This document shows positions 10,581-20,144 of a stretch of 64,000 nt of DNA, one piece after another. Source of the DNA: an uncultured Spirochaetales bacterium (lineage in GTDB: Bacteria; Spirochaetota; Spirochaetia; DSM-27196; CAZFLD01); NCBI GenBank assembly GCA_964519835.1, contig CAZFLD010000008.1, positions 27,039 to 91,038 of the forward strand, in the 5' to 3' direction. The position numbers and the translations under genes are program-made. The notes beneath the pieces are model-generated. The model ran no database searches. It saw only the letters and a program-made list of their open reading frames with translations, and was not told where the DNA came from. The first letter of the stretch is position 1. Every line of letters starts with the position of its first letter.

Positions 10581-11546
10581 ATGGTTCGCGCCATGCCGAT
10601 AGCTAAAGGGATGGCGCGACCACTGCTGTTTCTTGTCGCGGTCTTTACACTCTTCGCGCTTGCACTCCCCACGGAGGCGCAGGAACGCCCTCCGGCCGAC
10701 GCGCCGCCATGGGTGCACTACCAGTTCGGCACCTACCTGTTCGCGGAAGGGAACCACGGCGGCGCACTGGTGTCGTTTAGGCGAGCCCTGGCCGCCGGGT
10801 ATCCGGAGGCGGAGATGGGCATCGGCATGGTGCACGTTGCCGACGGCGATCTTGTACTCGGCCGCATCAACCTCGAAGCTGCCCTGGAAAAGGCCGCCAC
10901 GTTCGACGTTCGCAATCACCGCTACACGATTCTGTACGCGCTGGCGGACATCGCCTTCCTCGAAGGCGACGACCACGGCTACGAGACAACTCTGCAGCGC
11001 ATTACCGCCGACGACCCGGCCTACGCCTCGGAGAATGCTGTTCGTCAACGGCGACGATACATCGAACAGCTCGAGCAGCCGGATCAGACCGCGGGCATCG
11101 ACGGCCTGTTGAGTCTGTTCCGGCAGGATCAAGGCTATTTCGCCCGCGAGGCCCACAGACGCCTTGGACTGCACTTCGCACAGCTCGGCAACTACACACA
11201 GGCACTCGATCATCTGCTGGCGGTGCTGCTCAAAGTCGTCACAAAGACGGTCAACGAGATTCGTCTATTCTACGTGGACTACGAGTACACAACTCTCGAA
11301 AACCTCATCGAAACCGCGTCTCGCCGAGAGGAGGCCTATGCCTACTTGCAGGAGACACGTTTTGTTGAGGCTTTGTACTGGATTGGCGAGGTGCTCTACT
11401 TTCGATCCGACCTGGAGAGTACGCGCGAGGAAGCTCGGCGTTTGTTCGGGTTGATTGCCGGCGGTGATCCGGGCTTTGTGGGAGATTTCCGCTTTCGCGC
11501 CCAGGCCCAGTTGGACGATCCGCAGCGAAGCATTCGCCCCGAATAG
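10581..11546 (+). CDS. Secreted TPR-like repeat protein
   Basis: Signal peptide (ARPLLFLVAVFTLFALALPTEAQE) followed by helical repeats. In-frame ATGs at 10593 and 10611 are alternative starts. Confidence 0.6.
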   Translation: MVRAMPIAKGMARPLLFLVAVFTLFALALPTEAQERPPADAPPWVHYQFGTYLFAEGNHGGALVSFRRALAAGYPEAEMGIGMVHVADGDLVLGRINLEAALEKAATFDVRNHRYTILYALADIAFLEGDDHGYETTLQRITADDPAYASENAVRQRRRYIEQLEQPDQTAGIDGLLSLFRQDQGYFAREAHRRLGLHFAQLGNYTQALDHLLAVLLKVVTKTVNEIRLFYVDYEYTTLENLIETASRREEAYAYLQETRFVEALYWIGEVLYFRSDLESTREEARRLFGLIAGGDPGFVGDFRFRAQAQLDDPQRSIRPE

Positions 11547-11628
11547 GCTTAAGTCCACAAATCGCCGTGCTACCGCACAAGCACTTGTCGTCTCCCGACC
11601 GCTAGCGTACCCTTAGCTCTCAAAACTG

Positions 11629-14457
11629 ATGAACAAGCTTGTAATCAAAGGTGCGCGGGAGCACAACCTCAAAGATATTGATCTCGAGTTACCTCGAGAT
11701 ACACTGATAGTAATCTCGGGCATGAGCGGCTCGGGCAAGTCGTCATTGGCTTTCGATACGATCTTTGCCGAGGGTCAGCGTCGCTACGTGGAGTCCTTGT
11801 CCGCCTATGCGCGCCAGTTCTTGGGAAGAATGGACAAGCCCGATGTGGACTACATCGAGGGCTTGTCGCCGGCGATTTCCATCGAGCAGAAGAGCACAAA
11901 CAGAAACCCACGTTCCACGGTGGGCACGGTTACCGAGATCCACGACTACTACCGCCTGCTCTTCGCGCGTATCGGCGTTCCCCACGATCCCAAGAGTGGC
12001 CGCAAAATCGAAAAACAAACCGCGGACCAGATCATCGACAGCATCATGGACCTACCCGAGGATTGCCGCCTTATGATCCTTGCGCCGGTTGTGAGCGGGA
12101 AAAAGGGCCATCACCAAAAGATTCTGGACGACGCCAAACGGGCCGGGTTTGTCCGTGCCCGTGTCGATGATGAGGTCCGCGAGCTCGAGGAGGAGATATC
12201 GCTCGACCGCAAGCGCAAACACTCCATCGACATCGTCGTGGACCGCGTCCGCCTCAAGGCCAACCAGCAAAAACGCATTGCGGAGGCGGTGGAAACGGCC
12301 ATCGAGATTTCAGGAGGCCGGGTCACCGCAAATTGGCGGAACGGCAAAGAAGCGGCGGAGAAGACCTTTAGCGAGCGATACGCCTATCCCGACAGCGACC
12401 TGACGTTTCCCGACTTGGAGCCGCGCCTTTTTTCATTCAACAGCCCCTTCGGCGCCTGTCCCGAGTGCTCCGGCCTCGGCATCACCCTCGAGTTCGACCC
12501 GGAGCTGATCGTCCCGGACAAAACCAAGTCGTTCAACGAGCACGGTTTTCAGCCCTATAATCCCAAGTCGGCCTGGAATCGCAGTCGATTTGAGAGCCTT
12601 GCGAGGCATCTTTCCTTCAGCCTGGACACGCCGATTGAAGAGCTTGAGGAAGCCGTGATGAAGGCGTTAATGCACGGCACAACGGATCCGATCGAGATCA
12701 CCTACGTGAACCGCGACAAAACCGGCAAGTTCGAGTACCAGGCGCCGTTTCCGGGAGTGCTCAAGGACCTCCGACGCCGCTATCTGGAAACGACGTCCCA
12801 AGGGGTCAAGGATTGGCTCGAGGGCTTTATGTCACAGCACGCGTGCGGAGCCTGCGGCGGCAAGCGTCTTCGGCAAGAGGCGTTGTCCGTCCTTGTACAC
12901 GGCAAGAGCGTCCACGACGTATCGTCGATGTCGGTAGCCGAGGCACTGAGCTTTTTCTCGAATCTGGACCTAGATGCCACCGAGGCACAGATCACCACCC
13001 AAATCCTAAAAGAGATTGTGTCGAGACTGCAGTTTATGCAGAGCGTGGGCTTGGGTTACCTCACTCTCGAACGAACCGCATCTACATTGAGCGGAGGTGA
13101 GGCTCAGCGCATTCGGCTCGCAACGCAAATCGGCTCCTCGTTGGTCGGGGTGCTCTACATCCTCGATGAACCCACAATCGGTCTCCACCAGCGGGACAAC
13201 AAACGACTGATCGACACGCTCAAGCATCTCCGGGATTTGGGAAACACCCTTATCGTCGTAGAGCATGACGAACAAACGCTCAGAACGGCGGACCACATCG
13301 TTGACCTTGGTCCCGGCGCCGGCGTTCACGGTGGACAGGTGGTCTCTCAAGGGTCTCTCGAGCATATCTTGGCGGACAACAACAGCCTCACCGGCAGGTA
13401 TCTAACCGGCGCCCTTGCCATGCAGGTACCAAGCTCGCGGCGGGCGGGGAAAGGCACCTCCGTGGAAGTGATCGGCGCGTCCGAGCACAACCTCAAAAAC
13501 ATCGATGTCTCTTTCCCCCTCGGCACACTAAACGTGATAACGGGCGTTTCCGGCAGCGGCAAAAGCACACTGCTCTCGGACATACTCCATCCGGCACTAG
13601 CCAACAGACTCGGCCGAAGTCACCATCCGGTTGGCACGCACCGGGATATTCGCGGCGTGGAAGAAATCGACAAGGTCATCAACATCGATCAGTCGCCCAT
13701 CGGCCGAACCCCGCGCTCGAACCCCGCAACATACGTCGGTCTTTTTACGCCAATCCGTGACCTGTTCGCCTCGCTTCCCGAATCCCGCGCCCGCGGCTAC
13801 AAACCGGGCCGATTCTCCTTTAACGTGAAGGGTGGACGCTGCGAAAACTGCGAAGGGGCGGGAACCATCAAAATCGAAATGCACTTCCTGCCGGATGTCT
13901 ACGTGGTGTGTGACGTTTGTGGCGGCCGACGTTTCAACCGGGAAACTCTCGACATTCACTACAAAGGCAAAAACATCAGCGATGTCCTCGACTTGAGTGT
14001 CGAAGAGGCCGCCGCTTTTTTTGCCGCGGTGCCGCAAATCAAGCGACGACTCGACACGCTTATGTCGGTGGGCCTCGACTACATCAAGCTCGGCCAATCG
14101 GCCCTTACCCTCTCCGGCGGAGAGGCCCAACGTGTAAAGCTGTCACTCGAGCTGTCGAAGCGAAGCACGGGAAAGACCTTCTACATCTTGGACGAGCCCA
14201 CCACCGGTCTGCACTTTGCCGACGTTCACAAGTTGATGGAGGTTCTCCACCTCCTTGTCGACAACGGAAACACCGTGACGCTTATCGAGCACAACCTCGA
14301 CGTTATTCTGCAGGCTGACTACCTCATCGATCTGGGTCCCGAAGGTGGCAACGAGGGCGGGCGCCTGATAGCGACCGGTACCCCGGAAGAGGTGGCCGCG
14401 GTGAATCGTTCTTATACCGGCCACTACGTGAAGGAGGCCCTCGAACGGCGCGCGTAG
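11629..14457 (+). CDS. uvrA: Excinuclease ABC subunit A
   Basis: 942 aa. It has two ABC ATPase modules (GMSGSGKSS and GVSGSGKST, with LSGGEAQR twice) and zinc-finger Cys pairs (CPECSG, CENCEG). Confidence 0.97.
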   Translation: MNKLVIKGAREHNLKDIDLELPRDTLIVISGMSGSGKSSLAFDTIFAEGQRRYVESLSAYARQFLGRMDKPDVDYIEGLSPAISIEQKSTNRNPRSTVGTVTEIHDYYRLLFARIGVPHDPKSGRKIEKQTADQIIDSIMDLPEDCRLMILAPVVSGKKGHHQKILDDAKRAGFVRARVDDEVRELEEEISLDRKRKHSIDIVVDRVRLKANQQKRIAEAVETAIEISGGRVTANWRNGKEAAEKTFSERYAYPDSDLTFPDLEPRLFSFNSPFGACPECSGLGITLEFDPELIVPDKTKSFNEHGFQPYNPKSAWNRSRFESLARHLSFSLDTPIEELEEAVMKALMHGTTDPIEITYVNRDKTGKFEYQAPFPGVLKDLRRRYLETTSQGVKDWLEGFMSQHACGACGGKRLRQEALSVLVHGKSVHDVSSMSVAEALSFFSNLDLDATEAQITTQILKEIVSRLQFMQSVGLGYLTLERTASTLSGGEAQRIRLATQIGSSLVGVLYILDEPTIGLHQRDNKRLIDTLKHLRDLGNTLIVVEHDEQTLRTADHIVDLGPGAGVHGGQVVSQGSLEHILADNNSLTGRYLTGALAMQVPSSRRAGKGTSVEVIGASEHNLKNIDVSFPLGTLNVITGVSGSGKSTLLSDILHPALANRLGRSHHPVGTHRDIRGVEEIDKVINIDQSPIGRTPRSNPATYVGLFTPIRDLFASLPESRARGYKPGRFSFNVKGGRCENCEGAGTIKIEMHFLPDVYVVCDVCGGRRFNRETLDIHYKGKNISDVLDLSVEEAAAFFAAVPQIKRRLDTLMSVGLDYIKLGQSALTLSGGEAQRVKLSLELSKRSTGKTFYILDEPTTGLHFADVHKLMEVLHLLVDNGNTVTLIEHNLDVILQADYLIDLGPEGGNEGGRLIATGTPEEVAAVNRSYTGHYVKEALERRA

Positions 14458-14486
14458 GGCTGTACCTCGTCTGGGTCCTCGGGGCT

Positions 14487-17400
14487 TTGGGTGCCGTCGG
14501 CGTGTGGACCGTTCCGGTGTCGGCCCAAGAGCCGCCTACTGAGCCGCCACCCAGTCAAGCACAGGGCGACGGGATCCTCACGCGCGAGGGGACGCTCCGC
14601 CGCGAGATCGTTACGGCGTCGTTCTACGAGCTTTCGTCGCTTCTGCGCGAGCTCGATCTTTCGACACGGGGTAGTCGCGGCGAGCTACAAAATCGCCTTC
14701 TCGACCACTACGACCTGCCGCCGGTCGCCGAGCCTGAAACCCAGGAACAGCGTCGTGTGGTCATCGAGGAGGCGGACCAGGTGCGCTACTCCGAGGTCGA
14801 GGTCCACGAGGGTGAAACGGAACGGTTTGTACGGATGACCGGCGGCGTGTTTATCCGGTTGTCGGACCCGGACCAGGGTGTTGTGCACACCATCATCGCC
14901 GACGAGGTTGTCTACAACGAAACCACCGAGGTGGTAACCGCCTCGGGTGACATCGAATACGCCATCGAGCGGGAAGGGGAACGTGAGGTCTTCCGGGGGG
15001 AGGGCTTGAGCTTCAACCTCGAAAGTTACGAAGGTCTCTTTCTCGACGGCGTCTCGAGTCGTCCCCGGACGATCGACGGTAGGGAGCTGGAGTTTTCTTT
15101 TGAGGGCAGGACCCTGTCGCGATCGGAGGAGGACGTCGTTGTGCTCGAAAACGGCGTGATCACCTCGTCAACCGCCGATCCGCCGAACTACTACATCGGC
15201 GCCGAGCAAGTTTGGGTTCTTGCCCCGGGAGAATGGGGGCTGGAGAACGGTCTACTGTACGTTGGTCGGGTACCCATGCTCGTGATCCCGTTCTTTTTCA
15301 ACCCGGCGGACCAGATCGTGTTCCATCCCTCCGTTGGGTTTTCGGCTATTTCGGGCCCTTACGTGCAAACGACCACCTACCTATTCGGAGAGAAGGAGGA
15401 GGCGGATAGTCCCCTGTCTATCTTGAGCATCGCCGAAGAAGAGGCGGAGAACGGACCTCTCGTCCGACGAGGTCTCTTCCTCCGCAGCTCCGAGGGCGCC
15501 CCCGAGCCGTCGTACCCGGACAACTGGGTACTCAAACTCAAGACGGACATCTACGCGAATCGCGGCGTGTTTGCGGGCGTCGACGGGAGTCTCCCGGGCC
15601 TTGCCTCGCTGGACCGGTTCCGATTTTCAGGAAGCCTGGCCGTTTCCCGCGAGGTCTATCGGACCGGGGAGAGCTACAGCGCGCTGTATCAGGAAACGGC
15701 GGACTCCGTGTTCAAGTCCTATCCCCACTTCTCGTACCTCTTCGGCGGCGAGGTACCCATTCGGTTTGGCCTGGACACGGAGGCGAGTATCCGATTTGGT
15801 GTCGGATCGGCTTCGGCCCAAATCCAAGGTTATTCCGACCCGTTCTTGACCGCCCATTTTTCCACACGATCAGAAGACATTCAGTGGCTCAAGCTCCTCG
15901 GCCTCGAGGACGAGGAGTCCGCGGGCGGCTCACGAATCAGCGGTTTCAGGTGGCGCGTATCGGCGGCAATAACGCCGACAATGAGCGCAACGGCGCCCTA
16001 CCTTCAGACCCTGCAGATCTCGCCCATCGCGACAACGCTGGCATTCTCGAGCAAGAGCATACCCTCTTCGGAGCTGCCCCCGGAGCGCAGGGATGCTTTG
16101 GACAGCCCCATGGCCTATTTTTACGCGCCGGACTCCCTGGTGGCGCCGGACATCGGTGTAAGGCTTTCCGGAACCATTCTGCAGTTCCCCATCGCCGATA
16201 GGTCCACAAGCCAAACGCCGGGCGGCCAAGTCGGGGAGAACCCCCTTCGCCCGCCGTGGGAAAACCCGCCGCCGTCGGATGATACCCCGGAGGCACCACC
16301 CGCGCAGCCACCGGGCATTCGTGGGAGCCTACCGGTGGGAAGCGCCCCCGGAGAGCCGCGGTTCTCGCTCGGCTACCAGGTTGCCCCGGCGATAAACCTA
16401 ACGCATCGCTTTAGCTCCCCGGAGTGGTCCCTTCCCGAGGAGGTGGACTACACAATGCAGCAAAGCAACGCGACGCTTCGTGGGTCCGCATCGCTTTCGT
16501 ACCGATTGAGCCTCGTCGAAAATATCTTTGGGCTTACCGGATCAACCGGGTTCTCGGGGCAGTATCGCGCCTATTTCAACCGGGGTGCGGCGGTGGCCGA
16601 TGCGACTTGGGAGTCGTTGCGGCTGCAGGCGGCCCGGTTTAACTCGCTGGGGCTTACCTCCGACCTCCGCCTCAACGCTCTGCCGGTGGCCTACCTGCCG
16701 GTGGTGTCGCGGACCAGCCTCAACTACGACATTTCCACCGTTCTGCTGCGCACGGACTACGACAGCCAAGACGACAACAATAACCCGGTGTTTGTGACGG
16801 AAACCATCGACTGGACCGACGAGTTTATTCGAAGCCACAGCGCCGGAGCCAACATCGTAGCCGACCTAGAGCCGGGCACTCAGAGCCTCCGCATCACCGC
16901 TGCGCTGCCGCCGCTCACCGGTCGGTTCAGCGGTTCGTTGTCGTCGGCGATAGGACCGGTAACCCTCGGCGCCGGGATTTCTGTGCGGCAGTCCGCCTCC
17001 GACGAGACCAGTTGGACGTGGGACCCCCTTGGAATCCAGGCGGCGCTTCGTATCGGCGCGCTCCAGGTCAACCAGACGGCTTCCCTGGACGTAGAGGCCC
17101 CAAGCCTGGACCTTCTTTCCACCACGCTCTCCTACCAGGGAATCTCCGCACGCGCTCAGTTTCGACGCACCACCGGCTTTGCTTTTGGGGGCATCGGAGT
17201 CGGGTGGGTACCCGACGGGGTGGAAGAGTTCCGCGCGGTGTCGGCCTCTACTACGGCATCGGTACCGATTATCGACGAGACCTACTGGCGCAACCGCATC
17301 GGGCTATCGTTCAACCTCAATGCCGGCGTGAACTTGAGCTTTCTGCGATTCACCGACTCTTCGCTCAGCTTTGGTCTCAACCTAGAACTGTCCATCCACG

Positions 17401-17774
17401 AGTTTATGGATCTACGCTTTTCTTCGCAGTCCCAAAACGCGTTTATCTACCAATATATCCCCGACCTGGCAAACCAGGTGGGGCGGCCGTCGCGGAGTTT
17501 TTTCCTGGATTTGCTTCGGTCTTTTAACTTTTTTGACGTCCAGGACCGTATTGACTCCGACTTCAACCTGCAACGTCTTACAATCGGGCTCGTGCACTAC
17601 ATGGGCGATTGGGACCTGAGCGTAGATTATTCGGGAACGCCCCGCCTGGAGACGGACGATGCAGGCAACCGCCGCTTTGTGTGGGCCGACTCACTCAGCA
17701 TCTCGCTGGCTTGGAAACCCATCCCGGAAATCAAAAGTGACGTGACACTCGACGAAGACACCGTGAGCTTTTGA
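14487..17774 (+). CDS. lptD: LptD/OstA-family outer-membrane protein (LPS-assembly-like); true start probably upstream of 14487
   Basis: It has an OstA-like N-terminal beta-jellyroll (GGVFIRLSDPDQGVVHTIIADEVVYNETTEVVTASGDIEY) and an LptD-core-like segment (GLLYVGRVPMLVIPFFFNP), followed by a large C-terminal region with beta-strand-like alternating patterning. 14487 is the first canonical start (TTG), but the signal peptide extends upstream (see finding). Confidence 0.65.
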   Translation: MGAVGVWTVPVSAQEPPTEPPPSQAQGDGILTREGTLRREIVTASFYELSSLLRELDLSTRGSRGELQNRLLDHYDLPPVAEPETQEQRRVVIEEADQVRYSEVEVHEGETERFVRMTGGVFIRLSDPDQGVVHTIIADEVVYNETTEVVTASGDIEYAIEREGEREVFRGEGLSFNLESYEGLFLDGVSSRPRTIDGRELEFSFEGRTLSRSEEDVVVLENGVITSSTADPPNYYIGAEQVWVLAPGEWGLENGLLYVGRVPMLVIPFFFNPADQIVFHPSVGFSAISGPYVQTTTYLFGEKEEADSPLSILSIAEEEAENGPLVRRGLFLRSSEGAPEPSYPDNWVLKLKTDIYANRGVFAGVDGSLPGLASLDRFRFSGSLAVSREVYRTGESYSALYQETADSVFKSYPHFSYLFGGEVPIRFGLDTEASIRFGVGSASAQIQGYSDPFLTAHFSTRSEDIQWLKLLGLEDEESAGGSRISGFRWRVSAAITPTMSATAPYLQTLQISPIATTLAFSSKSIPSSELPPERRDALDSPMAYFYAPDSLVAPDIGVRLSGTILQFPIADRSTSQTPGGQVGENPLRPPWENPPPSDDTPEAPPAQPPGIRGSLPVGSAPGEPRFSLGYQVAPAINLTHRFSSPEWSLPEEVDYTMQQSNATLRGSASLSYRLSLVENIFGLTGSTGFSGQYRAYFNRGAAVADATWESLRLQAARFNSLGLTSDLRLNALPVAYLPVVSRTSLNYDISTVLLRTDYDSQDDNNNPVFVTETIDWTDEFIRSHSAGANIVADLEPGTQSLRITAALPPLTGRFSGSLSSAIGPVTLGAGISVRQSASDETSWTWDPLGIQAALRIGALQVNQTASLDVEAPSLDLLSTTLSYQGISARAQFRRTTGFAFGGIGVGWVPDGVEEFRAVSASTTASVPIIDETYWRNRIGLSFNLNAGVNLSFLRFTDSSLSFGLNLELSIHEFMDLRFSSQSQNAFIYQYIPDLANQVGRPSRSFFLDLLRSFNFFDVQDRIDSDFNLQRLTIGLVHYMGDWDLSVDYSGTPRLETDDAGNRRFVWADSLSISLAWKPIPEIKSDVTLDEDTVSF

Positions 17775-17779
17775 TCGAC

Positions 17780-17809
17780 TTGACAGTTTTGCCCGTAAGT
17801 GGCTAGTTT
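17780..17809 (+). promoter_or_regulatory. Candidate sigma70 promoter of phoH-ybeY-corC
   Basis: TTGACA (17780-17785), an 18-nt spacer, then TAGTTT (17804-17809), in the gap after the lptD-like stop. The predicted 5' end is at ~17815-17818. Confidence 0.45.
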
Positions 17810-17830
17810 TTTTACTGGAGATGAGTAGCC

Positions 17831-18826
17831 ATAAGTACCGCTATCGTTCTTGACGGGCCCCAGGTCCTCGCGGACGTATGCGGCGCAAACGATTCAAACC
17901 TCCGCCTTATCGAGGAGTTACTCGCCGTACCCATCCGATCGCGGGGAAACGAAGTATTCATCGAATCCGATGACGCACAGAAGCGAAAAATCCTTCGACG
18001 CATGATGGAGGACCTCACGACGCACGTAGAACTGGGACGCACGCCCGGTCCGGATTTGGTACGCGCCGTATTCAAGGCGGCGTCCGGCGACACCGTTGAG
18101 GATTCGGACCTTTTAAAAGAAGCCGAGATCACGGTGCCGGGCGGGTTTTCCCGCGTATTTCCACGCAGTATTCGTCAGGCCGGCTACATCGACGGCATGC
18201 GCACGCATGAGCTCTGTTTTGGCATTGGTCCCGCAGGGACCGGGAAGACGTTTTTAGCCGTCGCCCATGCCATGCAACGGGTGTTGTCCCGGGCCAAGCG
18301 CAAGCTGATCCTCACGCGCCCCGTTGTGGAAGCGGGTGAGAGCCTAGGATTTTTGCCCGGAGACCTGGCGCAAAAGATCAATCCCTATCTCCGGCCTCTG
18401 TATGACTCCATGGAGGCGTTGGTTCCACACGAGGTCATTCGTCGAATGGAGGATAACGGCATCATCGAGATTGCGCCGCTCGCGTACATGAGGGGACGGA
18501 GCCTCAAGGACTGCTTTATTATTTTGGATGAAGCCCAGAACACCACTCGGGAGCAAATAAAAATGTTCCTGACCCGAATCGGCGAAGGGAGCGAGGCCGT
18601 TGTTACCGGCGACATCACACAAATCGATTTGCCACGCCACAAGGACTCCGGTCTCCTTCACGCGGCGCGTGTCCTCCAGACAATCCCGGACATTCAATTC
18701 AGCTTTTTTACCTCCGGCGACGTTGTCCGGAATCCGCTGGTCAAAAAGATCATTACCGCCTACGAAAACTACGAGTCCGCCGCGGACAGCAACACCCCAC
18801 AGGCGGCCAAGAGGAACCAATCGTGA
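17831..18826 (+). CDS. phoH: PhoH-like ATPase (YbeZ); start codon unresolved (non-canonical start or frameshift)
   Basis: Walker A motif GPAGTGKT, LILTRPVVEAGESLGFLPGD, and the DEAQN box. The N-terminal PhoH domain (VLADVCGANDSNLRLIEELLAVPIRSRGNEVFIES) is read upstream of the first ATG (18002) in a frame that opens at 17825. The listed start is ATA 17831, which is only a candidate. Confidence 0.85.
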   Translation: MSTAIVLDGPQVLADVCGANDSNLRLIEELLAVPIRSRGNEVFIESDDAQKRKILRRMMEDLTTHVELGRTPGPDLVRAVFKAASGDTVEDSDLLKEAEITVPGGFSRVFPRSIRQAGYIDGMRTHELCFGIGPAGTGKTFLAVAHAMQRVLSRAKRKLILTRPVVEAGESLGFLPGDLAQKINPYLRPLYDSMEALVPHEVIRRMEDNGIIEIAPLAYMRGRSLKDCFIILDEAQNTTREQIKMFLTRIGEGSEAVVTGDITQIDLPRHKDSGLLHAARVLQTIPDIQFSFFTSGDVVRNPLVKKIITAYENYESAADSNTPQAAKRNQS

Positions 18827-19302
18827 ACACTGTAGAGGTCTCGTCGGAAGGATCCGACGAATCTGACGACCCTCATTTAGTCCGGCACATTCAAACGTAT
18901 AGCGCCACGGCATTGGAACATCTGAACATCGACGGCTGGGAGCTGTCGGTGCATCTGTGCGGCGATGAGACAATCACACACCTCAACCGGATGTACCGGC
19001 GCAAGGACGGCCCAACCGACGTGTTGTCGTTTTCTCAGTTCGACAACGGCGATTACCGTCCGCCCGACGGGGAGATGGTTCCGGCCGGCGACATCGTTGT
19101 CGCCCTTCCCCAGGCAAAAAAAAACGCGCGGAACTCCGGTTCCACCGTGGACGCGGAGATTGGGCGGCTGGTTGTGCACGGTATTTTGCACTTGGCGGGA
19201 TATGACCATGGGGAGGAGGACACCGACGGACCGATGTTTGACCTACAAAACGAGATACTTGCTTTATTGCGTGCAAACCCGGCGCAGGAGACATTATCGT
19301 GA
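18823..19302 (+). CDS. ybeY: rRNA maturation endoribonuclease YbeY
   Basis: Zinc motif HGILHLAGYDH. GTGA overlap with phoH. This is the conserved ybeZ-ybeY-ybeX order. Confidence 0.93.
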   Translation: MNTVEVSSEGSDESDDPHLVRHIQTYSATALEHLNIDGWELSVHLCGDETITHLNRMYRRKDGPTDVLSFSQFDNGDYRPPDGEMVPAGDIVVALPQAKKNARNSGSTVDAEIGRLVVHGILHLAGYDHGEEDTDGPMFDLQNEILALLRANPAQETLS

Positions 19303-20144
19303 GCAGCTCAAAACACGGAGGTTTTTTCCGGCGGCTTTTTCGCAAAGAAAACGATAACCGGGAACTCGAAGCGCTGAACCTGGAAAAGCAAGACATGATC
19401 CGCGGTATTGTGGAACTGTCGGAGACGACCGTTAAAGAAGTCATGGTCCCGCGTATCGACGTTGTATTTGTCTCCATGGACATGCAGGTCACGGAGATTC
19501 TCGAAAAGGTCGGAGATTCGGGCCACTCGCGATATCCGGTATACAAGGATACCATCGACAACGTCGTGGGAATGCTCTACGCCAAGGACCTGCTCGAGTA
19601 TTGCTTTCGCGAAGATGAGTTCGACATCGGCAAGATCGTTCGCAAACCTTTTTTTGTGCCGGAATCTAAACGACTTGACTCTCTGCTCCGGGAAATGAAG
19701 GGGCGCCACGTCCACATCGCCGTTGCCGTGGATGAGTACGGAGGCGTATCCGGCATTGTCTGTTTCGAAGACATCATCGAAGAGATCGTGGGCGACATCC
19801 AGGACGAGTTCGACCACGAGCGGGAGGACGTACTCCAAATCGGCGACGGAGTCTACCTGTGCGATGCCCGTGTCGATATAGAGGACCTCAACGAGGAGAT
19901 CCAGTCCGAGATACCCGACGACGACTACGACACATTGGGCGGCTTTGTGTTTGACCTCTTTGGCAAGATTCCCGTCAAATACGAGAAGGTCCGCTACGAA
20001 AATTTCGACTTTATTATCCAAGATATGGACGGCCACAAAATCCGGACGGTCAAGGTCATCCGCCTGCGGGAAGAGGACCTTGCCGAAGAATCCGGGAAAG
20101 ACACGGAAAATGACCTCCAAAAAAAGCAGCGGGAAAAGGCATAA
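19299..20144 (+). CDS. corC: CBS-pair plus CorC/HlyC-domain protein (CorC/YbeX family)
   Basis: A CBS pair (VKEVMVPRIDVVFV ... HIAVAVDEYGGVSGIVCFEDIIEEIVG) followed by the transporter-associated C-terminal domain. It has no DUF21 membrane domain. GTGA overlap with ybeY. Confidence 0.88.
   Translation: MSSSKHGGFFRRLFRKENDNRELEALNLEKQDMIRGIVELSETTVKEVMVPRIDVVFVSMDMQVTEILEKVGDSGHSRYPVYKDTIDNVVGMLYAKDLLEYCFREDEFDIGKIVRKPFFVPESKRLDSLLREMKGRHVHIAVAVDEYGGVSGIVCFEDIIEEIVGDIQDEFDHEREDVLQIGDGVYLCDARVDIEDLNEEIQSEIPDDDYDTLGGFVFDLFGKIPVKYEKVRYENFDFIIQDMDGHKIRTVKVIRLREEDLAEESGKDTENDLQKKQREKA

Noticed and set aside
17842-17856. An RF2-style programmed +1 frameshift at UAU CGU UCU UGA C in the phoH leader ORF.
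   Set aside because: It is not adopted as the main explanation. There is no Shine-Dalgarno-like stimulator 3 nt upstream of the shift site, and tRNA-Ser cannot re-pair from UCU to CUU. PhoH-like residues (AIVLDGP) are already encoded in the target frame upstream of the UGA, which favours an indel or non-AUG start. It is kept as a minor alternative in the phoH finding.
19945-20109. A 55-codon N-terminal extension of the TPR protein proposed by the ORF track. Analogous over-extensions occur at 6067 (atpB), 22275 (gap), 28157 (nusB), 30216 (map), 31000 (htrA), 33175 (giant protein), 40743 (OMP) and 54458 (IMPase-family gene).
   Set aside because: The extensions overlap the preceding conserved genes and encode Arg/Ser-rich non-protein-like sequence. 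Internal starts restore canonical N-termini or signal peptides, often with a Shine-Dalgarno.
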